This document shows positions 20,494 to 30,758 of a stretch of DNA of 64,000 nucleotides, piece after piece (position 1 is the first letter of the stretch; each line of letters starts with the position of its first letter). Source of the DNA: an uncultured Muribaculaceae bacterium (GTDB taxonomy: Bacteria; Bacillota_I; Bacilli_A; RF39; UBA660); the NCBI GenBank assembly GCA_964555585.1, contig CAZKSN010000002.1, forward strand, positions 1,293 to 65,292, written 5' to 3'. The position numbers and the translations under genes are program-made. The notes under the pieces were generated by a model, which was given only the letters and a program-made list of their open reading frames with translations, did not search any database and was not told the origin of the DNA.

Positions 20494-21450
20494 TTATTTG
20501 TATTTCCTTTTTAAAATTGCATCATCAATATTAAACATTGAAGCAATTAAAGCCACTCTTATCCACATTCCATTGTTTACCTGTTCCCAGTATTTTGCCT
20601 TACTGCTTTTATCTACAGCTTCTGATATTTCATCCAGTCTTGGAAGAGGATGCATTATTATAGCGTTATCTTTTAATCTATCAAGATTATTTGAATTTAT
20701 ACTATATATACTTCTATCTAAATCAAAATCAATTCCTCCATATTCTTTTTGAAGTCTTGTCATATAAACGACATCTAGTTCACTTATTATTCCATTAAAG
20801 TCTTCCGTCATTTCATAATCTACATTTAATTCATTTAAGATGTCAGCTTTTATTTGAAATGGTTTAGGTGCTATAAAGTATAATTTTAAATTTCCAACTT
20901 TATTTAATAAGAGTGCCAAGGATCTGACAGTTCTTCCTCTGTACAAATCTCCTACAAAACCAATTTTTTTATTATCCAAACCATATTTGTATATAGTGTA
21001 AAAATCCAATAATGCTTGAGTGGGATGCTGATCAGTTCCGGAACCTCCATTTATTATTCTTATATCATCACTTAATTCCTTAGATATTACTTTTATAAAT
21101 TTCTCATCTGTATGTCTCATTATTATTAAATCAACCATTTGAGAAAATGTCTTAACTGAATCTAATTCACTTTCTCCTTTAGCAAATGAAGATGTTCTCA
21201 CATCTCTTATTTCAGAACATTTTATTCCCAGAATATAGCAAGCATTTTGAAAAGATAGGAATGTTCTGGTTGACGGCTGATTAAAATAAAGCATCGCCCT
21301 TTTGTCATCAAGCATTGATGAAATAAATCTCCTCCCTTCTTTAGTTTCACAAATTTTTCTTATTTTATCAGTTAATTCACAAAGATAAAATAAATTTTTT
21401 AATTCATACTGCTGTGAGTTGATACATCTTGTATTTTTTTCTTTTTCCAT
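20494..21450 (-). CDS. pyrB: Aspartate carbamoyltransferase catalytic-subunit-like (PyrB family)
   Basis: STRT, HPTQALLD and HPLPR motifs. No pyrI or other pyr genes are adjacent. Confidence 0.7.
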   Translation of the reverse strand: MEKEKNTRCINSQQYELKNLFYLCELTDKIRKICETKEGRRFISSMLDDKRAMLYFNQPSTRTFLSFQNACYILGIKCSEIRDVRTSSFAKGESELDSVKTFSQMVDLIIMRHTDEKFIKVISKELSDDIRIINGGSGTDQHPTQALLDFYTIYKYGLDNKKIGFVGDLYRGRTVRSLALLLNKVGNLKLYFIAPKPFQIKADILNELNVDYEMTEDFNGIISELDVVYMTRLQKEYGGIDFDLDRSIYSINSNNLDRLKDNAIIMHPLPRLDEISEAVDKSSKAKYWEQVNNGMWIRVALIASMFNIDDAILKRKYK

Positions 21451-21477
21451 AAATATTTTCCTTTCTAAACATAAAAA

Positions 21478-21512
21478 AAATACTAATTGAACTAATTAGT
21501 ATTTTTTAATAA
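21478..21512. terminator. Bidirectional terminator hairpin
   Basis: ATACTAATT-gaac-TAATTAGTAT, flanked by an A-run and a T-run. Confidence 0.5.
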
Positions 21513-21648
21513 ACGATTAAGAATAATAAAGTTAAAAAGAATGTGATCAATATCAATAAATATATTAAATTTATTTTCTTTCATAATTACCACTCCCATA
21601 ATTTATTATTAGAAGTATAACATATAATTTATAAAAATGAAATAAAAA

Positions 21649-22323
21649 TTATAATTTATATGTATCGTTAATGAATCTTTTTAAACTTAAACTTTCTGCG
21701 GCTTCTTTTTCTCTTTGCATTTTAATTTTTTCTGCAAGCATTCTTACTGCCTGAGATACAGTAGGATATGTAGTTTCATTTAAATAAGAATTCATTGGAC
21801 GACCTGTTGTTCCTTTTTTTGAATCACAGTCAGGAGAATGAAATACAGCCACCTGCTGACAAAGCTGTTCAGCATTTACATAAATAGTGTCATAAAAGGT
21901 TGAAAATTTTTCTTTATTTCTTTCACTTGCCCAAGAATTATATTTAAGCACTACTCCATATTGAGACAATAATTCTTTATCAGTTTTAAAATTTCTTGGA
22001 GTAGGCATTTTTTCAAGCAAAGCTGCAGCTAATTCTAATTCCTCCAGTGAAACTATTTGAAATTCAGAAGCCATCTCAATAAATTTTTCTGTTACTTTAT
22101 ATGTTTCTCCTACCTTATTCAAAAATTCATTCTTACATATTGCAATATCACGATAAACTGTAGCTGTTGTAATCAATTCCGGAGTAATAACAGTTTCCCA
22201 ACTATTTCCATTTTCTATTAAATAAATTATTATTTTGTATACAAAACCTTCTAAATCTGCATCTTGAAGTAAACTATCACAAAACCATCCCAACTTAACC
22301 TGACTAGGTAAAAATTTTCTCAT
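21649..22323 (-). CDS. Hypothetical protein
   Basis: ORF only. Its codon usage looks slightly less AT-biased than the neighbours. Confidence 0.45.
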   Translation of the reverse strand: MRKFLPSQVKLGWFCDSLLQDADLEGFVYKIIIYLIENGNSWETVITPELITTATVYRDIAICKNEFLNKVGETYKVTEKFIEMASEFQIVSLEELELAAALLEKMPTPRNFKTDKELLSQYGVVLKYNSWASERNKEKFSTFYDTIYVNAEQLCQQVAVFHSPDCDSKKGTTGRPMNSYLNETTYPTVSQAVRMLAEKIKMQREKEAAESLSLKRFINDTYKL

Positions 22324-22408
22324 ACACTTTCCCTTTCACTGAAAAATAATGTTTTTTATTATAATACATATAACAAAAAAATTCAATAATTTTAAAATAT
22401 TGAATTTC

Positions 22409-23029
22409 TTATTCCTTCTTATTCTCAATGGACATATCTATTCCCAATACTTTTTCCAAATAGCATTTTCCACAAAGAGATTCATAAGTTACAGAATCTT
22501 TTCCATCAATAGCAACCTGGTCACCTGTGATTGTAAATTTATTATTCACTTTTCTTGCATTGAATTTAGCTCTTTTGCCACATCTGCATATGGTATACAA
22601 TTCCTCTATTTCATCAGCGATTTCAAAAAGTCTTAGAGCACCGGGAAATACATTTGTTTTAAAATCACTTCTTAAGCCATAACAGATGACCGGAGTATCA
22701 TATTTTTTAGTAAATAAAAACAATTCATCAATTTGCTCTCTGTTTAAAAATTGTGCCTCCTCTATCAAAACACATGAAATATTGCTCTCATAACAATTTT
22801 CTAAATATCTTCTTAAATTATCAGCTTCTTCAATAAGGTAGTCCACTTTTCTTTTACTTCCCATTCTGTTTACAATACTGTCTTCACCTTTAGTATCTTT
22901 CTTAGGCTTTAAGATTCTTACATTCATTTCTCTTTCTTCATAGTTGTGTGCCACTTGAAGTAAAGCTGTGGTTTTACCACAATTCATGGCTCCATATCTG
23001 AAATACAGTTTACTCATTTTTTTTACCAC
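22409..23029 (-). CDS. tdk: Thymidine kinase
   Basis: GAMNCGKTT P-loop and a C-terminal zinc ribbon (C..C...C..C). Confidence 0.9.
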   Translation of the reverse strand: MVKKMSKLYFRYGAMNCGKTTALLQVAHNYEEREMNVRILKPKKDTKGEDSIVNRMGSKRKVDYLIEEADNLRRYLENCYESNISCVLIEEAQFLNREQIDELFLFTKKYDTPVICYGLRSDFKTNVFPGALRLFEIADEIEELYTICRCGKRAKFNARKVNNKFTITGDQVAIDGKDSVTYESLCGKCYLEKVLGIDMSIENKKE

Positions 23030-23900
23030 TCCTTGGATGACATTTATAATACACCTCTCTTAGTCTTTCATTACTAACATGTGTATAAATCTCTGTAGCT
23101 GAGAGATGCTTATGTCCCAATAATTCCTGAACCACTTTTATATCACAACCATTATCTAATAAATGAGTTGCAAATGTATGTCTAATTGAATGCGGACTAA
23201 TCTTTGTTTTTACACTTACATTCTTGAGAATTTTATCTAGGATCAATCTAACCCCTCTATCCGTTATTTTATCACCATTTTTATTTATAAACAAGTAATC
23301 GTGTTTTTTATTTTTTACATTTATATTTCTAAAACTATTTAAATATTTATTTAATATTTCACCAGCACATTCTCCATAATATACTACTCTTTCATAACTG
23401 CCTTTTCCTAATACGGTTATTTTTCTACTACTTAAATCTATATCATTTAATTTTATATTCACAAGTTCACTAACTCTTAATCCGGTAGCGTATAGTAATT
23501 CAATTATTAAAGAATTTCTTAATCCAAATTTACCAGATTTACTTTCCTCAATTATATGCTCCAATTCATCATAAAATAAAAATTTAGGAAGCTTTTTTTC
23601 CTTCTTGGGATATCCAATGTATTCCAATGGATTTATTGTAATAATATTTTTTGTTATTAAATAACTGTAAAAACTCTTTAAGGCACTTATTTTTCTACTT
23701 ATTGAACTTACTTTTAAATTTCTGTTATACAATTCATTTAAGTAGTTCTTAATGTCTGATTCCAATATATCCAATTCATTTTTATTAATAAATTTAAAAA
23801 ATTCAAGTAAATCATTCTTATAGGAAACTATAGTATAAGAAGAATAGTTTTTTTCATTAATTAAATATTCAAAAAAATTATTAATATAAATGTATTTCAT
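23010..23900 (-). CDS. Tyrosine recombinase, XerC/XerD family
   Basis: N-terminal SAM-like domain (YL...KNYS..T..SY..DL..F). Catalytic box HSIRHTFATHLL...LLGH...TEIYTHV. It overlaps tdk by 20 nt. Confidence 0.85.
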   Translation of the reverse strand: MKYIYINNFFEYLINEKNYSSYTIVSYKNDLLEFFKFINKNELDILESDIKNYLNELYNRNLKVSSISRKISALKSFYSYLITKNIITINPLEYIGYPKKEKKLPKFLFYDELEHIIEESKSGKFGLRNSLIIELLYATGLRVSELVNIKLNDIDLSSRKITVLGKGSYERVVYYGECAGEILNKYLNSFRNINVKNKKHDYLFINKNGDKITDRGVRLILDKILKNVSVKTKISPHSIRHTFATHLLDNGCDIKVVQELLGHKHLSATEIYTHVSNERLREVYYKCHPRSGKKNE

Positions 23901-23965
23901 AATTCAATTATAACATTTATCTAAAAAAAAAGAGAAATATTTATTCTCTTTAATTAATTAATAAA

Positions 23966-24361
23966 TTAATTGTTTAATCTTCTTTTTAATTGATTATCTT
24001 CTTGAATTTGATTATATGTCCAAAGTTGAAAATAATCATCATCAGGAAAAAATATAATTATTTTATCATCAATAAACATTAAATATTGATAACTTCCATC
24101 AAAACCGTGAGAATATCCAAGTGTTGCTTTTTCACCAAAAGATTCTATTATACTATCACGTAAATCTTTACATAAATTATCTGTATTTATAATATCTACT
24201 GGAAAAGGTTCAGCTATAAAACCACCATTAATAAATCCAAATACCCAACCTAAATTAGGATAGCGTTTCACACTTATTCCTAGAGCTTCTGGTAATTCAA
24301 TAGCGTCTGTAATTAAATTAATTAACCCACTAAAATCATTTTTTATTTCATTATTCCTCAT
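23966..24361 (-). CDS. Hypothetical protein
   Basis: ORF only. Confidence 0.4.
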   Translation of the reverse strand: MRNNEIKNDFSGLINLITDAIELPEALGISVKRYPNLGWVFGFINGGFIAEPFPVDIINTDNLCKDLRDSIIESFGEKATLGYSHGFDGSYQYLMFIDDKIIIFFPDDDYFQLWTYNQIQEDNQLKRRLNN

Positions 24362-24410
24362 AAATCCCCCATAAAATTGATCTTTATTATACTACTTTTT
24401 ATTATTTATT

Positions 24411-25316
24411 TCAAGTTCTTTTATTTTCACTTACTAGTTCCATCTCAATAGTCAACTGCTTTATTCTTTCAATAATTCTTCTTGCTTTAACATTATCCAT
24501 AGATTTATTAACAATTTTTAAATGTTCTTCCAATTCTTTAATATCCAAATTTGAAGTAAAGAAAGTTGTAAGATTATTATCCATTCTATATTGAAGAATG
24601 GTTCCCAATATTTCATCTCTGCTCCATTCAGTGTTTTTTTCAGCTCCAATGTCATCAAGCAATAAAATATCTGCAGTTATTATTTCATTTATTTTATCTT
24701 CAAAATCATCATTAAAAGATTCCTTTAAGCTTCTCAACAATGAAGGATAATATATGTTAACACATTTTGCGCCCTTTTTAGATAATTCATTTAATAAAGC
24801 ACTTATTATATAGCTTTTACCACTTCCAAAAGAGCCATGAAGATATAAACCTTTTTGTTTATCTTCTTTATTATAGTTATTCAAAAACTCTTTAATATAT
24901 TTTTTTATCTCAAGTCTTTCTTTTTCAGGATAAAACTCACTTAATTTAGCCTCTCTTAGAAATTTGGGAGTTTCAAAGAATATTACATTGTTTTCTTCAG
25001 TAATCTTGTTTTTTTCATATTTACAAGGTTTATAGACAAAAACCAAAGAATCATTATCTTCCTTTGGATATTCCACGTATCCGATTACTTTATTCTTACA
25101 GAACTCTAAACCTTTGCATCCCCTGCAATTGCTTAGTTCTTTAACAGTATTTTCCAATTTAGAAGTATTCTTTTCTAAACACTCTTCACCTACATTTAAA
25201 GAATTAACTAATTTAACAAAATTATTATCTTCTAATGCTTCTATATAACTCTTTTTTAATATTGAGATTAAATTTCTTCTTTTATAAGGATGATTTAATT
25301 CATTAAAATTCTTCAT
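24411..25316 (-). CDS. dnaI: Primosomal protein DnaI (helicase loader)
   Basis: N-terminal Cys-rich zinc domain (CRGCKG...C...C.Y). AAA+ Walker A GSFGSGKSY and Walker B LLLDDIG. Confidence 0.8.
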   Translation of the reverse strand: MKNFNELNHPYKRRNLISILKKSYIEALEDNNFVKLVNSLNVGEECLEKNTSKLENTVKELSNCRGCKGLEFCKNKVIGYVEYPKEDNDSLVFVYKPCKYEKNKITEENNVIFFETPKFLREAKLSEFYPEKERLEIKKYIKEFLNNYNKEDKQKGLYLHGSFGSGKSYIISALLNELSKKGAKCVNIYYPSLLRSLKESFNDDFEDKINEIITADILLLDDIGAEKNTEWSRDEILGTILQYRMDNNLTTFFTSNLDIKELEEHLKIVNKSMDNVKARRIIERIKQLTIEMELVSENKRT

Positions 25317-26599
25317 TATTTAAACTCCTTTACAAAATCTTCAAACTCCATTTTTTCTTCCTCACTCAAGGAGCTTGATTTTATATTCCTATTAAACCAG
25401 GTAGGTGTTTTCTCTTCTTTTTTGAAATTACTACTATTTTTCAAATATTTCTTATGTTCTTTTTCTGCGATTTCCATAGCTTCCTTAGCAGTTTCAATTC
25501 CGCTTCTCTTCCATTGACCGGCGATTGTTTCAACGTAAGCCTTTGTAAGTTTATTATTATTACTTCTTAGTGAATAGTCAATTAAAACATTCACCACTGC
25601 TGGATTTAGTTTTAAATCCATTAGTAGTGTTTCTAGTAGATTCATATCTCTGGAAGTCGGTCTTACACCTTTATATTTAGCTTTTAAAAATTCATATGGA
25701 GAGATCTTTTCAAAAACCTTTATCATTCTTCCTCTGTTTGAATTATCTCCAGAAGGACTTTTTAAATATTCTGGCTGACTTTTAAATAATAAACTAGGAA
25801 GTCTATTGTCATTATTAAATTGATAATATTTTCTGACATTTTTTCTTAAGACTTCTTTATCTATCAAGCCTTTTTCATTTATTGAAGTTTTAACAAGATC
25901 TGACATGGTAACTGGATCCAGCTCATAAAGAAATGCCAAATCAGTTATAAGTTCTTTAGTCAGTTTATTTAATGTTTTTGGATTAAATAAGTTCTTTGGC
26001 ATAGAACTTATCAATAAATCAAAATCAAAATCCATTTCATAATTCAATTTCAATTTATTTTTATTAACTATATCCACATTTTCATTTTCCAGTGAAGTAT
26101 AGCTTTTACTTTTATATGCCATGTCAAAAGCAGTTGTAATATCCTCATAATCCTTTAGATTAATACTCGGCATTTTAAAGTAATTTAAAATTCTGTTATA
26201 TTCTTCCTTGCCAACATTGTTATATAAAACTATATTGAAAATTGGATGATTAAAAAATTCCTGGGCACTTATCGGACTATATAATTCATAAACATATGAA
26301 TTTACATTTCCCTCCATAAAATATGTCTTTAAGAGACCTATTCCTTCCAGTTTAATTCTTGATTCTTTTATACTTTCTAAATTCAAACTCATACAGGTCA
26401 TTAAATGATGATGATTAAATTCATTTGATATATAACTGGAAGCCTTTAATTCATTAAACAATGTCAAATACAAAGTTACTGCTATATTACCGATTACAGG
26501 CATATACAGCATGGTTAAAATTAGTTTATCCTGTTCAGTAAGTAAACTTTTATTAACTACCTGATAAATATCCGCTGGTAATAAAGAAACTTTTTTCAT
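25316..26599 (-). CDS. dnaB: Replication initiation/membrane attachment protein DnaB (Firmicute type, DnaD-like domains)
   Basis: It shares a 1-nt overlap with the downstream dnaI, giving the dnaB-dnaI operon arrangement. It is a DnaD-like-domain protein of about 430 aa. Confidence 0.7.
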   Translation of the reverse strand: MKKVSLLPADIYQVVNKSLLTEQDKLILTMLYMPVIGNIAVTLYLTLFNELKASSYISNEFNHHHLMTCMSLNLESIKESRIKLEGIGLLKTYFMEGNVNSYVYELYSPISAQEFFNHPIFNIVLYNNVGKEEYNRILNYFKMPSINLKDYEDITTAFDMAYKSKSYTSLENENVDIVNKNKLKLNYEMDFDFDLLISSMPKNLFNPKTLNKLTKELITDLAFLYELDPVTMSDLVKTSINEKGLIDKEVLRKNVRKYYQFNNDNRLPSLLFKSQPEYLKSPSGDNSNRGRMIKVFEKISPYEFLKAKYKGVRPTSRDMNLLETLLMDLKLNPAVVNVLIDYSLRSNNNKLTKAYVETIAGQWKRSGIETAKEAMEIAEKEHKKYLKNSSNFKKEEKTPTWFNRNIKSSSLSEEEKMEFEDFVKEFK

Positions 26600-26659
26600 A
26601 AAAGACTCCTTAACTATATTTTATATTAATGTGAGTTTTTGTGCAAGAAAAAATGAGTA

Positions 26660-26869
26660 TTATTGATATCTACTCATTTGTTTCATCAATTGATTAACCT
26701 GTTTTTGACTTGGATTTCTTCCCATACCCCTCATTAAAGCTTTTATCATTTCCTCATTAACAGGTGGATTTTCTTTTAACTGTTTTGTCATTAATTTTTT
26801 TGCAATTAGAAATCCTGCAACTAAACCAAGAACAATTCCTCCCAATACATATAAAATATCAATAATCAT
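26660..26869 (-). CDS. yneF: UPF0154 family membrane protein YneF
   Basis: N-terminal transmembrane helix, then MIKALMRGMGRNPSQKQVNQLMKQM. Confidence 0.7.
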   Translation of the reverse strand: MIIDILYVLGGIVLGLVAGFLIAKKLMTKQLKENPPVNEEMIKALMRGMGRNPSQKQVNQLMKQMSRYQ

Positions 26870-26904
26870 TATTTATCTCCTCTTCTTTTTTATTCTATCA
26901 AAGT

Positions 26905-27339
26905 TTATACCTTTACGCAAGTATGACTGCTTATCTCAGACAGATAAAAATAATCCATATTTATAAAGTCACAGACAAATAAATTAGGTATATTTTTTAT
27001 GTCTTTAAAGAAAGAAGGAAAACTGGCATTACTCTTTACTTTAATATACGTATTGTTTATTATTAACTTAGTACTTTCGTTTGTATAAAAATCATTTATT
27101 ATATGACTGTTATTATAGCAAGTATAATTAATATTATCTTTATTTATAGATTTTAATAATAAATCTATATTTTTTTTATCAATGGTCTTTATTAATTTTT
27201 CATACATTTTTATACTTAATGATAACTCATCATTACTCATTAAATGAATTCTCTCTAAAGCAATGTAAAGATTTGAAGGTTTGTTTTTAGTAACCTCATA
27301 AATATCATTTTTAATAGAAAAAATATAATATATTCTCAT
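26905..27339 (-). CDS. Hypothetical protein, possible SirA/YneE-like sporulation inhibitor of replication
   Basis: About 144 aa, lying immediately upstream of yneF as in the B. subtilis yneE(sirA)-yneF pair. Its N-terminus MRIYYIFSIKNDIY can be compared with B. subtilis SirA MERHYYTYLIKEEF. Confidence 0.3.
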   Translation of the reverse strand: MRIYYIFSIKNDIYEVTKNKPSNLYIALERIHLMSNDELSLSIKMYEKLIKTIDKKNIDLLLKSINKDNINYTCYNNSHIINDFYTNESTKLIINNTYIKVKSNASFPSFFKDIKNIPNLFVCDFINMDYFYLSEISSHTCVKV

Positions 27340-27417
27340 TAAATCACCAAATATATTATATGCTTTAAATTATTAATTTTTTGTCGAAAAAAATAAATTA
27401 ATAATTTTTTTATTAAT

Positions 27418-29550
27418 TTATTCTTCTTCAGTCGTTTCTTCCTTAATGTATTTCTGTTCTAAAGTTAATTCCAGGGTTTCTGACAAATTTATTTCAGAAC
27501 CGGCTTTTTTATTCATTGAAGTTACATAACCATAACCATTGAATGTTACACTTAAGTTTATCAGATTTGAATAATTGGTAACATCAAGTTTTGACCATCC
27601 AATTAAATTTGGATATTTGTAAGAAGTACTGTTAGTAAGTAAATATAATTTTTCATTAGTAATAAGTGTTGAGGATTTTTTTGGATACTGATTGATAATT
27701 TTCTCTCCGTCACCTATCAGAACATATTTTACTTTATCTGTTTTTAATTGACTCACTACTTCTTCAGTGTTTTTATTAATATAACTATCTACCTGGTAGT
27801 TTGCATTGCTGTTTAATTCTGAATCATCGTAGATATTTAAATAGGTTGCAGTGTCTTCCATAAGAGTTTTGGCTGCCTTTGATAAAGCTGAAGAGTTATG
27901 AAGTTTGCTTACTGCCATATATACTATTATTTCAGGATCATCTCCTGGAAATAAACCTGCAAAACTTCTTATATAATTTAGTGAACCTTTCAAATATCCG
28001 CCTGAAGCCGCCGGTATCTGAGCAGTACCAGTCTTTCCTATAATGTCATAGCCTTCAATATAATAACTCTTACCTGTAGACATTGTTTCTCTTCCATCAA
28101 CAACACCTCTCATTAAATCCTTAATTTTTTCAATTGTTTCATTATCTGCTACTTTATTTACTTCAGTTCTTTCTGCTTCATAGACTATTTTATTGTTTGA
28201 TGGATTTACAACTTTTGAAATTATATATGGCTTTATAATTGTTCCTTCATTTGCAAGACATGTTAATGCTTGAAGCATTTGAACTGGAGTTATTGACATA
28301 CCTTGACCAAAAGCAGCGCTTGCAACTTCAGTAGCATACATGAAGTTTAATCTTCCCGTTAATTCATTTGGTAATTTTATTCCGGTTTTTTTACCAAATC
28401 CCAGAGAAATATAAAAATCTTTTAATTTTTCTTTTCCCAATCGTTTGGATAATATTGTTGCTGCAACGTTACTTGAAGCCATAAATCCCTGATTAAAAGT
28501 TATTGTGCCCCAGCCATAGTCATTCCAGTCTTTAATTTTAGCATCATCAACTTTTATAGTACCTGACTTATATGTCTCTTCCCCATCATAATACCCATTC
28601 TCCATAGCTGCCATAAAACTAAATATTTTCATAACTGAACCTGGTTCATAAACATATGAAACCAAAGGATCATAATAGGATGTTATATCCTTAATATTAG
28701 GATTGAAGCTCGGTGAAGTGGCAACTGCCAATATTTCTCCAGTCTTCGCATTTAAAACATTTACCGAAGCCCATTCCACACCAACGGCTTCCAAAGAAGT
28801 TACCGCCTGCTCCGCAAACATCTGAATATTGGTGTCAATAGTTAAATATACATCATTTCCCGGTATTGATTCTTCTGTATAAGAATAGGTGGTTGCAATT
28901 TGATACCCATATAAATCTCTTTGATATTCTTTATAGCCATTTTTACCGGTCAGTTTATCATTATAATAAAGTTCAACTCCAAATTCACCTGCAATATTTC
29001 CTTCATCATCTGTTTTTGCATAACCCAATGTATAAGATAAAAAATCTGCATTTGGATAATACCTTTTTGTACTTGAAATAAATCCAATTCCAGGCAAATC
29101 TAAAGCTTCAATCTCTTCTTTCACTAATTCAGTAAGACCTCTGCCGCCTGGTCCCAACTCCACCTGATAAGCATCATAATTGAGTAATTCCAGCACTCTT
29201 TCCTTAGTCATATTTATAATGGGTGCCAGTACTTCTGCGGTATGCTCTTTATCTACCACATGATGTGGATTATCTGGATCAGTTGTCCTTGACTCACTTA
29301 AAAAAGCAATGACTGTGTAACTATTTACATTTCTAGCTAGTACTTCACCATTTTTATCATAAATGATGCCTCTATCAGCCACTATTGTTTCCTTTACAGT
29401 ATCTCTAGAAGAGGCAAAACTTTTTAAATCTATTCCGTCAACTTTTGCACTGACAGACACATAAAGTAATTTTAATATTATTATTACAAATAAAAAAGCA
29501 ACACCAATCATAAAAAATACATTTATTTTAACTGTTCTTGCTTTTTTCAT
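27418..29550 (-). CDS. Class B penicillin-binding protein (FtsI/SpoVD-type transpeptidase)
   Basis: S-V-M-K (EPGSVMKIF), S-S-N and K-T-G-T motifs. It follows ftsL in the dcw cluster. Confidence 0.9.
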   Translation of the reverse strand: MKKARTVKINVFFMIGVAFLFVIIILKLLYVSVSAKVDGIDLKSFASSRDTVKETIVADRGIIYDKNGEVLARNVNSYTVIAFLSESRTTDPDNPHHVVDKEHTAEVLAPIINMTKERVLELLNYDAYQVELGPGGRGLTELVKEEIEALDLPGIGFISSTKRYYPNADFLSYTLGYAKTDDEGNIAGEFGVELYYNDKLTGKNGYKEYQRDLYGYQIATTYSYTEESIPGNDVYLTIDTNIQMFAEQAVTSLEAVGVEWASVNVLNAKTGEILAVATSPSFNPNIKDITSYYDPLVSYVYEPGSVMKIFSFMAAMENGYYDGEETYKSGTIKVDDAKIKDWNDYGWGTITFNQGFMASSNVAATILSKRLGKEKLKDFYISLGFGKKTGIKLPNELTGRLNFMYATEVASAAFGQGMSITPVQMLQALTCLANEGTIIKPYIISKVVNPSNNKIVYEAERTEVNKVADNETIEKIKDLMRGVVDGRETMSTGKSYYIEGYDIIGKTGTAQIPAASGGYLKGSLNYIRSFAGLFPGDDPEIIVYMAVSKLHNSSALSKAAKTLMEDTATYLNIYDDSELNSNANYQVDSYINKNTEEVVSQLKTDKVKYVLIGDGEKIINQYPKKSSTLITNEKLYLLTNSTSYKYPNLIGWSKLDVTNYSNLINLSVTFNGYGYVTSMNKKAGSEINLSETLELTLEQKYIKEETTEEE

Positions 29551-29565
29551 AATAAAAAAGTACTC

Positions 29566-29856
29566 CTATTCAGATATTATTTTAACGTTATTATTATTAT
29601 ACTCTAATCCAAATAATGTTGCAACTTCCTCTACATTATCCAAAGATGCTAGTTCATTTATCTTCATAGATAGGCTTTCATTTATACTTTCTTGTTTATT
29701 TATTTTACTTTTAATACTTTCTAGTTCAATATTTGTTTTAGAAAGATATGCCATCGAAAAAGCTTGTCCTAAAAAATTAAATACTACCAATAAAAATATT
29801 AAAAAATATAATAATTTTTCTCCTCTCAATAAATTTGTTCTCTTGATTGTCTTCAT
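29566..29856 (-). CDS. ftsL: Cell division protein FtsL-like (septum formation initiator)
   Basis: Short bitopic protein with a coiled-coil, located between rsmH and the PBP gene. Confidence 0.6.
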   Translation of the reverse strand: MKTIKRTNLLRGEKLLYFLIFLLVVFNFLGQAFSMAYLSKTNIELESIKSKINKQESINESLSMKINELASLDNVEEVATLFGLEYNNNNVKIISE

Positions 29857-30758
29857 TCTATCACCTTTTCGATTACTCTTAACTTAGCACTTCTGCTTCT
29901 CCTGTTATCTTCTATTTCTTCTTTAGTTGGTTCTAAAGCATTTTTTAATATATACTTTGCTTTTAGAATATCTTTGTTTATATAAGGTAAATTATTATAA
30001 ACATTATCCGCTTCACATAATTTTTTAAACGTATTCTTCACTATTCTGTCTTCCAGTGAATGAAATGTTATAATAACTAATCTTCCATTTTTATTTAATA
30101 AATCAAATGCATCCATGATTGAATCTTCTAATATTTCTAATTCATTGTTTACTTCAATGCGTATAGCTTGAAATACCTTTCTTGCTGGATGATGTGACTT
30201 TCTATAACTGACTGGAACGCTATTCTGAATTAATTCCACTAATTCATCAGTAGTACTTATTGGTCTGTTTTTCACTATTGAAAGGGCAATACTTTTAGCA
30301 TATTTTTCTTCACCATACTCATAAAATATCTTTGTAAGCTTTTCTGATGAATAATCATTTACTACTTCATATGCACTTAATTTCTGTCTTTTGTCCATTC
30401 TCATGTCCAATTTGGCATTTTTATGATAACTAAAACCTCTGGAATCTTCATCTAGCTGTGGACTACTTACTCCTAAATCAAACAGTATTCCATCAACATT
30501 TTCACTTATAAAATTCTTCATATTCTTAAAATTGCTATGAAAAATTTTAAAGTTTTTATTTATATCTGATAGTCTTTCCTGACTATACTTTACTGCTTCC
30601 TCATCTTGATCAAAGGCGAAAAGGAACCCCTCATTCTTTATTCTCCTAAGTATTTCACTTGAATGACCTGCATAACCAACTGTCGCATCAATATACTTTC
30701 CATTCTCTTTAATGTTTAAGTATTCAATTACCTCTTTCTTAAATACACTCTTATGCAT
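29853..30758 (-). CDS. rsmH: 16S rRNA (cytosine1402-N4)-methyltransferase RsmH/MraW
   Basis: YIDATVGYAGHSSEIL, FDLGVSSPQLD and a full-length match to RsmH. Confidence 0.9.
   Translation of the reverse strand: MHKSVFKKEVIEYLNIKENGKYIDATVGYAGHSSEILRRIKNEGFLFAFDQDEEAVKYSQERLSDINKNFKIFHSNFKNMKNFISENVDGILFDLGVSSPQLDEDSRGFSYHKNAKLDMRMDKRQKLSAYEVVNDYSSEKLTKIFYEYGEEKYAKSIALSIVKNRPISTTDELVELIQNSVPVSYRKSHHPARKVFQAIRIEVNNELEILEDSIMDAFDLLNKNGRLVIITFHSLEDRIVKNTFKKLCEADNVYNNLPYINKDILKAKYILKNALEPTKEEIEDNRRSRSAKLRVIEKVIE

Noticed and set aside
23010-23900. Tyrosine recombinase considered as a prophage or integrative-element integrase
   Set aside because: It has the XerC/XerD-type N-terminal and catalytic layout. 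There are no phage structural, repressor or excisionase genes, no direct repeats and no adjacent tRNA. It is more likely a chromosomal Xer recombinase.
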